The position numbers were made by a program, and so were the translations under genes. The notes beneath the pieces were generated by a model. That model did no database searches, was not told where the DNA came from, and worked only from the letters and a program-made list of their open reading frames with translations. Shown piece by piece: positions 18,407 through 26,077 of a stretch of 38,147 bases of DNA. The first letter of the stretch is position 1, and the number at the start of each line of letters is the position of its first letter. Source of the stretch: a bacterium (GTDB lineage Bacteria > RBG-13-61-14 > DATKZS01); NCBI GenBank assembly GCA_046484135.1, contig JAWOBU010000005.1:1-38147 (forward strand). Reading direction: 5' to 3'.

Positions 18407-19329
18407 GCATGGAAACCGTAAGCGGCATTGTATTCGACGTGCAGGGCTACGCCATTTACGACGGGCCCGGCATCAGGACCTGTGTCTACTTGAAAGGATG
18501 TCCTTTGAAATGCTACTGGTGCCATAACCCCGAGTCTCAAAGCCCGGCATTCGAGATGAGCTACAACCCGCAGAAGTGCCAGAGCTGCGGCACCTGCGTA
18601 AACGTATGCCCGGAGCAGGCTCTCAGGATGGACGAGCAAGGAAGGATCATCCGCGATTATGACAAGTGCCTGACCTGCGGCGCCTGCGCCCGCGCCTGCC
18701 CGAGCGGCGCCATGGAGATGATAGGTTATGAAATCGCGGCCGGCGAGCTCGTGGAAAAGGTTTTGCGCGACCGGCCCTTTTACGAGTACTCCGGCGGGGG
18801 AGTTACGATAACCGGAGGCGAACCCCTTTTTCAAAAGGACTTCCTGTTCGCCGTTCTCACCATGCTAAAGGACGAAGGAGTACATACCGCGATCGAGACC
18901 TGCGGCTTTTTCTCTCCCGAGCTCGTGAAAGAGCTTCTCGATACCACGGACCTCTTCCTGTACGATATAAAGCACCTGGACCCGGCCCGGCATGAACAAG
19001 GCACCGGGGTTTCGAACGAGCGCATCCTGGAGAACTTCAAGGAGCTCGTAAAGCAGGGCGGGCCTCAGCGGGTCATACCGCGCATCCCGCTGGTGCCGGG
19101 CTTTAACGCGGACGAGGAGGCCGCGCGGGCCATGGCGTCTTTTCTCGCTGAAAACGGGTACGAAGGAGAAGTGCATCTCATGCCCTATCACGGCTGGGCA
19201 AAAGACAAGTACGAAAGACTGGGAAGGCTCGGCTCTTTTCGCGATCCGGGGAAGCTGGAGGAAGACACGCTGGAAAAGATAAAGGCTGTATTTGCGCAAG
19301 CGGGCTTCGAGCCGGTGGCTTACGGCTGA
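18403..19329 (+). CDS. Glycyl-radical activating enzyme (radical SAM with 2x[4Fe-4S] insert)
   Basis: DGPGIRT, CPLKCYWCHNPE, CQSCGTC...CP and CLTCGAC...CP, GGVT.TGGEP; ATGA overlap with the GRE. Confidence 0.95.
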   Translation: MSMETVSGIVFDVQGYAIYDGPGIRTCVYLKGCPLKCYWCHNPESQSPAFEMSYNPQKCQSCGTCVNVCPEQALRMDEQGRIIRDYDKCLTCGACARACPSGAMEMIGYEIAAGELVEKVLRDRPFYEYSGGGVTITGGEPLFQKDFLFAVLTMLKDEGVHTAIETCGFFSPELVKELLDTTDLFLYDIKHLDPARHEQGTGVSNERILENFKELVKQGGPQRVIPRIPLVPGFNADEEAARAMASFLAENGYEGEVHLMPYHGWAKDKYERLGRLGSFRDPGKLEEDTLEKIKAVFAQAGFEPVAYG

Positions 19330-19367
19330 GGCGGGCACCGCTTTTTTAACGGGACGAAGGGGACGGT

Positions 19368-21176
19368 GTGAAGGTACTTGTAACCGGTGCGGACGGTCTT
19401 TTAGGAAGCAACCTGGTGCGGGAGCTTCTCTCGGACGGTTACGAGGTCAAGGTCTTTGTGGAGCCGGGCCGCCGCTCGCCGAGCCTGGAAGGGCTATCAC
19501 TGGAACGGGTCGAGGGAGACCTGGTAAAAGACCGGGAAGCCCTGGCCCGGGCCATGTCCGACTGCGACTACGTGTTTCACTGCGCCGCCATTACCGACCA
19601 GTGGGCGAGCCCGGACCTGACCTGGAAGGTGAACCTGGAAGGGACCCGCAACGTGCTCGAGGCCTCTTTGCAAGCAAACATCAAGCGGCTCATCGCGGTT
19701 GGCTCGGCAAGCTCTTTCAGCTTCGGGACCCGCGAAGCTCCCGCGGACGAGCAAAGCCCTTTCCCGGACGTGTATAAAGGCATCGCCTACATGGAGTCCA
19801 AGCACCAGGCGGCAAAGCTTGTCAAGGAGTACGTGCGCGATAAAGGACTGGACGCGGTGGTGGTGGCTCCCACCTTCCTCGTCGGGCCGCACGACTCGAG
19901 GCCGAGCTCGGGCGAGATCATAAGGCAGTTCGTGGCCCGCAACATCAAGTTCTCGTCACCGGGCGGCAGGAACTTCGCCCACGCCCGCGACGCAGCCCGT
20001 GCCATGGCGAACGCGCTCGAAAAAGGCAAGGCGGGCGAGACCTATATCCTGGGCGGCGAGAACCTGACCTATACCGAGTTCTTCACCAGGGTGGCTGAGG
20101 TCGCGGGCAAAGAGCCGCCCAAGAGAGTGCTGCCCCCGCGGCTCATCCTGTTCGGCGGCCTTCTGGGCACATTGTTCGAAAAGGTCTCGGGCAGAAAGGC
20201 GCTCGTGAACCTGACTCTCGCGCGGCTGTCGCTCATGGGTACTTATTACACTCCGCAAAAAGCGGTGCGCGAGCTGGACATGCCGCAGACCCCCATCAGC
20301 GAGGCCGTAAAAGATGCATATAACGGTCTCATCGAGTACGGGCACCTCAGGCCGCAAAAGGCGCCGCAGACTTTCGAGGGCCAGGTGGCTCTTATCACGG
20401 GCGCGAGCCGGGGCGTGGGGTACGCCACCGCCCGGCTTTTGGCCGAGCGCGGCGCCAGGGTGGTGCTGACCGCGCGGGGGGAAGAGCGGCTCAAGGACTC
20501 GGAGCGCAAGCTCAGGGAGGCCGGGCACGAGGTCGCGGCTGTATCCGGCGACGTGGGCGATTGGGAGGACGCGAAGCGCATGGTTGACACCGCGCTGTCC
20601 GAGTTCGGCCGACTCGATATTGTTATAAACAACGCGGGCGTGTCCATGCGGGGCGAGTTTGTCGAGCTGAGTCCCGAGGTGTGCCACCGGATCGAGCGGA
20701 CCAATTTAACCGGATGCATCAACGTGTCCAAGGCGGCCGTCTCTCACCTGGTTGAGTCGAAAGGACAGCTCATCTTCATCTCCAGCATTGCCGGTCTTTT
20801 CGGCCTGCCGGGCGCGTCCATATACTGCGCGACCAAGAAGGCGCTTACCGGTTTTGTCGAGTCCTTGCGGCTCGAGCTTCTGCCCAAAGGTGTGAACGCG
20901 GGCGTGGTTTACCTCGGCTTTACCGAGCACGACCCGGAAAAGAGGATCATTGCCGCGGACGGCTCGTTGACTCTTCCGGACCGGCCCGCTCATCATAGCC
21001 AGGCGGGCGCGGCCAGGCTCATCGTGCGGATGCTGGAAAAAAGAAAGAGGTCGCTGGTCATGACTCCGGTGGGGGTCCTGGGCGCTCTGGTGTACCGGCT
21101 TTCGCCGGGATTCATTGAAAAGGCGGTGCTTATTGCCAGGTCGAGCCGGCTGGGCATTGCAAAAAGATTTTCGTAA
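19368..21176 (+). CDS. Fusion of an extended SDR (epimerase/3beta-HSD/DFR-like) and a classical SDR
   Basis: N-terminal TGADGLLG and YMESK; C-terminal TGASRGVG, NNAG, SSIAG, YCATK. Confidence 0.9.
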   Translation: MKVLVTGADGLLGSNLVRELLSDGYEVKVFVEPGRRSPSLEGLSLERVEGDLVKDREALARAMSDCDYVFHCAAITDQWASPDLTWKVNLEGTRNVLEASLQANIKRLIAVGSASSFSFGTREAPADEQSPFPDVYKGIAYMESKHQAAKLVKEYVRDKGLDAVVVAPTFLVGPHDSRPSSGEIIRQFVARNIKFSSPGGRNFAHARDAARAMANALEKGKAGETYILGGENLTYTEFFTRVAEVAGKEPPKRVLPPRLILFGGLLGTLFEKVSGRKALVNLTLARLSLMGTYYTPQKAVRELDMPQTPISEAVKDAYNGLIEYGHLRPQKAPQTFEGQVALITGASRGVGYATARLLAERGARVVLTARGEERLKDSERKLREAGHEVAAVSGDVGDWEDAKRMVDTALSEFGRLDIVINNAGVSMRGEFVELSPEVCHRIERTNLTGCINVSKAAVSHLVESKGQLIFISSIAGLFGLPGASIYCATKKALTGFVESLRLELLPKGVNAGVVYLGFTEHDPEKRIIAADGSLTLPDRPAHHSQAGAARLIVRMLEKRKRSLVMTPVGVLGALVYRLSPGFIEKAVLIARSSRLGIAKRFS

Positions 21177-21224
21177 TCGAGTGATATTATCATTGAGCCG
21201 GGACTTTCCCGGAAAGGAGGAGTT

Positions 21225-21998
21225 ATGGGGTTTGTGAAGACTAAAGAAGAGCTGGACTCTTACTACAGCCTGGGAGTAAGGAAGTTTATTGACTCGCACA
21301 TGCTGGGCGTAATGTTCGAGACCAGGCCGGAGATCGTGGAGCGGCTTCTGCCGCCGCCGCTCGAGCCTGCGGACTCGCCCTCCGGAATGATGTTTATCGC
21401 GCAGTACCCGGAGACCAACCTGGGTCCGGGCTACCGGGAAGGCGCCTTGTTCCTGCGTTGCACGCATGAAGGCGAACCCGGCAGCTACTGCCTGGCCATG
21501 CCCATTGACAGCGAGGAGCTCCGGCTTTACAACGGCCGCGACATCTTCGGCTTTCCCAAGAAGCTCGCCGATATCCATCTCTCCCGAGAAGGCGACCACG
21601 TAGAGGGCTGGATCGAGCGGCACGGCATAAGGTTCGTGCACATCAAGACCGACCTTACCGGCACCCTGCCCGAGATGCCGGACAGCGGGCCCAACTTCCT
21701 TTACAAGGCCATGCCCAGGATTGACCTGAAACCCGGGTTCGACGGGCCCGTGCTCTTGTGCAGGCACAAGACCGACATCGAGATGAAAAGCCTCGAGATA
21801 GGAGCGGGAGATGTAACCTATCAGGATTCGGAGTACGACCCCTGGTCCGAGGTCGAGCTCGTGAACGTGCAGGCGGCCTTTTACCTCATAAGCGACAACA
21901 CCATGCAGCCCGGAAGCGTGATAAAGGAAGTGGACGGAGACGCCTATCTTCCCTATTACTACCGCATGACCGACTTCTTCTCCGGCCTGAAAAAGTAA
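21225..21998 (+). CDS. Acetoacetate decarboxylase family protein
   Basis: LLPPPLEP, YREGAL, GRDIFGFPKK (Schiff-base Lys position); GGAGG RBS. Confidence 0.88.
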   Translation: MGFVKTKEELDSYYSLGVRKFIDSHMLGVMFETRPEIVERLLPPPLEPADSPSGMMFIAQYPETNLGPGYREGALFLRCTHEGEPGSYCLAMPIDSEELRLYNGRDIFGFPKKLADIHLSREGDHVEGWIERHGIRFVHIKTDLTGTLPEMPDSGPNFLYKAMPRIDLKPGFDGPVLLCRHKTDIEMKSLEIGAGDVTYQDSEYDPWSEVELVNVQAAFYLISDNTMQPGSVIKEVDGDAYLPYYYRMTDFFSGLKK

Positions 21999-22071
21999 CG
22001 TAAAGGCTGTATTAAGTTTGCGGTGAAAAATTATGAGGTTCTACGTATTTTAGTGGGGGGATAGAAAAAGA

Positions 22072-22275
22072 TGCGTTTATCGCTTTTAGGGCTTCCAGCG
22101 GGAAAAAAGGAGAAGGCCGGAACTGGCCCGGCCTCTCCCCGCTGTGTAGCCACCGGCCTCGGCGCTCGGGTCGCACGCCTTAAGTTGCCCTATCCTCCGG
22201 GCCGGCATGGAAACAATATCAGAGAAGAATCTCAAAGGCAACTCCCCGCTGGCAGCCGAAAAGGCGTTAAACGCA
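22072..22275. mobile_element. 204-bp MITE-like element with 31-bp terminal inverted repeats
   Basis: 22072-22102 versus reverse complement of 22245-22275 match at 26/31; internal GC-rich hairpin; second copy at 1-96. Confidence 0.75.
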
Positions 22276-22384
22276 AAAAAAGCCTTTATATCCAAGAGGA
22301 AATGGGGCATATCGGTCATAAACTTTGTTGGATGCCCCACACTTAAATACGTTGATCCAATTATGAGACTGATACATAGTCTTC

Positions 22385-22406
22385 GTGCGAGCGAATTCAG
22401 TCGCGA
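22385..22406 (-). repeat. REP copy
   Basis: GTGCGAGCGAATTCAGTCGCGA, 21/22 identical to the reverse complement of 4174-4195. Confidence 0.75.
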
Positions 22407-22456
22407 TTAAGTTTTCCGCACCTGCAACAGCTTTTATTAAATAGAAGGGAACTGAC

Positions 22457-23659
22457 ATGGTAGACTTCGAGCTGACCGAGACCCAGAAACAGATCACGGG
22501 CACGGCCCGCGAGTTCGGCAAGGGAGTACTCCAGCCGGTCGAGACCGAGCTCGACAAGATGGCGGACCCCGAACAGGCCTTTGCAAGCAGCCTGTTCTGG
22601 AACGCCATGAAGCAGGCCTTCGAGCTCGGGTTCCACAAAATGGCCTTGCCCGAAGAGGTGGGAGGACTGGGCCTGGACCCCCAGACCACCGGCATGGTGT
22701 GGGAGGAGCTGGCCCGCTGGGGGCCCGGCTTTGCCGCGTCATTGACTCCCGCGGCCATTGTGCCCCAGCTTGTGACCTTCCTCGCAGGCGACAACAAGGA
22801 GCTGGTGGAGCGGTTCGTCATTCCCTTCTGCGAAAGCGACGACCCGGAGCTCATCACCGGCTGGTGCTCGAGCGAGCCGGAGGTCGGCTCGGACGGCAAG
22901 AACTACTATGATCCGTGTATAAGGCATCTCTCCTGCGCCCGGCCGGAGGGAGACACTTACGTGCTGTCCGGGACCAAGTCGGACTTCATATCCAACGGAA
23001 GCATAGCACACGACTATATCGTGTTCGCCTGCGTGGACCCGTCCCTCGGCATACGCGGCTCCGGCACCTTTGTCGTGCCCGGAGACTCGCCCGGGCTCTC
23101 GCGCGGCAAGGCCCTGGACAAGACGGGACTGCGCGCGTTGAACCAGGCCGCGGTCTTCTTCGACGACGTGGAAATCCCCGCCGGGCACATGATCTTCCCG
23201 CCCGGCGAGAACTATCCCATGCTCCATCACGCCATCGTCACCATCGGAAACCTGGGAGTGGGGTACATCGCGGTGGGACTCATGCGGGCGGCGTTCGAGG
23301 ACGCCCTCGAGCACTCCCGCCAGCGGGTCCAGTGGAGAAAGTTCATTGCCGAGCACCAGGCAATAGGACACAAGCTCTTCCAGGCCTATCAGGCCATCGA
23401 GAGCGCGCGCGCTTTCCTGTGGAAAGGAAGCTGGCTCGCCACAAAAACCTTCCCGGGCGACCTCAAAACCAGCCTCGCCGCCAAGGTATACGCCACCGAA
23501 CAAGCGGTCCACCACACCGCCCAAATGGTCCAGGTCTTAGGCGGGTACGGAATCTCCAAGGAGTACCGCGTAGAAAAATACGCCCGCGACGCCAAGCTCC
23601 TCCGAATCATGGACGGAACCAACGAGACCCTCACCAACGAGGCGATGGGGTTGTTGTAA
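22457..23659 (+). CDS. Acyl-CoA dehydrogenase family protein
   Basis: SEPEVGSD, LSGTK.FISNG, RVQW..IAEHQ, QVLGGYG, RDAK..IMDGTNE. Confidence 0.92.
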   Translation: MVDFELTETQKQITGTAREFGKGVLQPVETELDKMADPEQAFASSLFWNAMKQAFELGFHKMALPEEVGGLGLDPQTTGMVWEELARWGPGFAASLTPAAIVPQLVTFLAGDNKELVERFVIPFCESDDPELITGWCSSEPEVGSDGKNYYDPCIRHLSCARPEGDTYVLSGTKSDFISNGSIAHDYIVFACVDPSLGIRGSGTFVVPGDSPGLSRGKALDKTGLRALNQAAVFFDDVEIPAGHMIFPPGENYPMLHHAIVTIGNLGVGYIAVGLMRAAFEDALEHSRQRVQWRKFIAEHQAIGHKLFQAYQAIESARAFLWKGSWLATKTFPGDLKTSLAAKVYATEQAVHHTAQMVQVLGGYGISKEYRVEKYARDAKLLRIMDGTNETLTNEAMGLL

Positions 23660-23716
23660 AGGACCGGAAATTATTTTGTGAGAATAAAACGCCGCTGTCG
23701 TTCGCAACAACTTTAG

Positions 23717-23914
23717 TTAGTTCCTGTTGCGAAAGGGAGGTTTTGCCGGCTCTGGTGCGCCACTTTGGACTGCGGAAGCTTGCTTCCCGGAAATCAGCTC
23801 TACAAAAGGCTCATAGTTTACGGAGCGGCTTTTTTTTAGTCCCGGCAAGCCGGGACTTATGAAAGCGAGAGCAATCTTTCGCACTCCTAAACGGAGTTTC
23901 GCAACGGGAACTAA
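23717..23914. mobile_element. 198-bp MITE-like element with 18-bp TIRs enclosing a REP doublet
   Basis: TTAGTTCCTGTTGCGAAA / TTTCGCAACGGGAACTAA (17/18); inside, TTTGGACTGCG (23764) and CGCACTCCTAAA (ending 23891) are inverted. Confidence 0.65.
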
Positions 23915-24024
23915 TTATAAAGATCTGACCCCTCCATAAACACTAAAGTCATCTTGCAAAAAGAGAAACCGTTGCGTCTTTGCGGCGTTGCGTTTAAATC
24001 CATCCTGTGCCAAGGGCACCCGGA
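23912..24024. repeat. Two further dispersed repeats
   Basis: TAATTATAAAGATCTGACCCC (23912-23932) recurs at 37540-37561 and 37692-37713; 23953-24024 recurs inverted at 37222-37298. Confidence 0.75.
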
Positions 24025-24035
24025 CAGGTCGGAGT

Positions 24036-25073
24036 TTACTCCTTGAAGAGCCTCTCTGCCACGTCCTCGTAGTCCGGGTCTTGGGAGTAGAGCTTTTCGA
24101 GCTCCTTTCTGGCGCGTCCGGTGTGGCCGAGGTCTTCATAGGCCAGCATTCTTTCGTACCGCAAAGCTTTGATGAGCTCGGGCGAGCGGTTTTTCTTTCT
24201 GCGCATGGTTTTGGTCAAGGTATCGCGGGCGGCCTCCGGGAGGCCCAGGTTCCGCAATGCCCGGGCCTTGTACAGAAACAGGGCGGTGTGTACCGGGCTT
24301 TCGTTGTTCAGTCCCTCGCATAGCCTTATCACCTTGTCGCAGGTCTTTTTGTCGCGGGGACTCTTGTCCAGGAGGAGCTCGGCGCGGGAGAGCTTTACCA
24401 CCACGTCGTCGGGCGCGATACGCGCGAGCCGGTCGAGGCAGTTTTTGGCCTCCTGCCAGTTCTGTTTCTCCTGGTAAATCTCGACCAGGCAGAGCAGGAC
24501 TCCCGCGGCCCCCGGCCCTACGTGGGCGGTGACCTCGTCGGTTACCGGCACCGACGCGGTGGGAGAGATCCCGTACTTCGAGAAGTAGCGGCCGAGCTGT
24601 TTGCGCTTTCGGAAGGCGTTGACCAGTGCGGGCTCGGCGTCTTCGGTCCTTCCGAGCTTGAGGCTGGTTACGCCGTAGAGGTATGCGCCGTCGGCGAGTT
24701 GAAGACAGTTGGAAAGGCGGGAGAGCGCTTGTTCGTCGTTGCCGCGGATGACCTCGCGGCATCCGTCCACCAGGTCCTCTTCCTCCTGGGGGGTGAAAAG
24801 CCGCTTGAAAAAGCCCATGCTCAACCGGTCGCGGGCGGGCACCTTGGGAGCGGGAGCGCTTTTCTTGCCCGAGCTTTTGGACGAGCTTCCCAGCGAGCCG
24901 GTGGTGGTGTAGAAAAGGCCGGTGCCGGGTATGCCCACCGTCTTTCTGGTGCCGCGCGAACCGACCGTGTAATGACCTCCCCGGCCGCCGAACGAAAGCG
25001 ATCCGCCCGCTTTGCTGAGGTTCAAGGTGATCCCCGGCGCTATCTTCATCCGTCTCCAGAACCGAAAACCCAT
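24036..25073 (-). CDS. DUF4236 domain plus TPR protein
   Basis: GFRF.RR.KIAPG..LNLSK.G.S...G...TVGIPGTGL.Y N-terminus; TPR-like C-terminus. Confidence 0.85.
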   Translation of the reverse strand: MGFRFWRRMKIAPGITLNLSKAGGSLSFGGRGGHYTVGSRGTRKTVGIPGTGLFYTTTGSLGSSSKSSGKKSAPAPKVPARDRLSMGFFKRLFTPQEEEDLVDGCREVIRGNDEQALSRLSNCLQLADGAYLYGVTSLKLGRTEDAEPALVNAFRKRKQLGRYFSKYGISPTASVPVTDEVTAHVGPGAAGVLLCLVEIYQEKQNWQEAKNCLDRLARIAPDDVVVKLSRAELLLDKSPRDKKTCDKVIRLCEGLNNESPVHTALFLYKARALRNLGLPEAARDTLTKTMRRKKNRSPELIKALRYERMLAYEDLGHTGRARKELEKLYSQDPDYEDVAERLFKE

Positions 25074-25105
25074 GGCTGTCCTCCTCTATTGCCCGTCAGG
25101 GCCGC

Positions 25106-25375
25106 TTAGTGAGGGAAGGTCACCCAGCGCTTTCCCTCCCGGCGAACTTGTAAGAATTCCTTACAAGTTGATTCCTTCTTTAATTCCCGGTCTTTATAGA
25201 TGGCGTTAACATGGAGGGTAATATTTTGAGGAGTGGTCTGGTATAACTCGGCAAGAGCCGCCTGGGTCATCCATACGTTTTCATTATTGAGAAGAACCTC
25301 AACCCTGGTTTTCCCGTCCTCGGTCCGGTATATGAGAATGTCCGTGCCAATGTCGCCGTTAGTTGCGTCATTCAT
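25106..25375 (-). pseudogene. Truncated RhuM-family (virulence RhuM) gene fragment
   Basis: ILIYRTEDG..RVEV...NENVWMTQ..LAELYQTT.QNI..H...IY...EL...STCKEFLQV..EGKR then a stop at ~89 aa, before the usual YNLD motif. Confidence 0.75.
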
Positions 25376-25409
25376 TGCTCGTGCTCCAGCTCCACTATCA
25401 AGAACCATG

Positions 25410-25973
25410 TTACTTTGCGTGCCGCTTCAGCTCGGAAGCTGTAAAAAGCGATTCCACTGCCTGGACCTCGGCGGTGATGGCTTCGCTGCCGCCTTCTTCG
25501 CGGTCCACTATGGCCAGGACGGCGCTGACTTTGGCGCCCGCGTCTCGGGCGGCATCCACAGCTTTCAGGGCGGAGCCGCCGGTGGTTATCACGTCCTCGA
25601 CAATAAGGGCGGAGTCGCCTTCGGCAAGGCAGCCTTCGATCCGGCGGCCCCGTCCGTGGGACTTCTCCTGTTTGCGGACGATAAAGCCGCGCATCGGAGC
25701 GCCCTGCCGGAAGCTCTCCGCTATGACGGCGGCCACCACCGGGTCTGCGCCCAGGGTGAGCCCTCCGACCGCGTCGGGGCTGTAGGGCCGGGCCAGCTCG
25801 AACAAGAGCCTGCCGCAGAGGTATGCCCCTTCCGGGTGAAGGGTGGTGGTGCGGCAGTCAATGTAATAATCGCTTTTCTTTCCGGAAGACAGGGTGAAGT
25901 CCCCGAGTTGAAAGGACCGCTCCAGTATGATATTAAGGAGGCGTTCTTTTTCGGTTGTAAAAGTCTGGCTCAT
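25410..25973 (-). CDS. pyrE: Orotate phosphoribosyltransferase
   Basis: FTLSSGKKSDYYID, GGLTLGADP, RKQEKSHG, VEDVITTGGS. Confidence 0.95.
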   Translation of the reverse strand: MSQTFTTEKERLLNIILERSFQLGDFTLSSGKKSDYYIDCRTTTLHPEGAYLCGRLLFELARPYSPDAVGGLTLGADPVVAAVIAESFRQGAPMRGFIVRKQEKSHGRGRRIEGCLAEGDSALIVEDVITTGGSALKAVDAARDAGAKVSAVLAIVDREEGGSEAITAEVQAVESLFTASELKRHAK

Positions 25974-25991
25974 GAAGACCCCGATATTTTG

Positions 25992-26013
25992 TCGCGACTG
26001 AAGTCGCTCGCAC
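25992..26013 (+). repeat. REP copy
   Basis: Exact TCGCGACTGAAGTCGCTCGCAC, identical to 4174-4195. Confidence 0.8.
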
Positions 26014-26077
26014 AGTTTGTAGTAATACTCGCAGTGGTAACTTGCGTTGGTCGGCCAAGATTATGATTATTGATTCA

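Noticed and set aside
22071..22410. Small ORFs over the MITE-like element
   Set aside because: No RBS or transposase motifs; explained by the repeat
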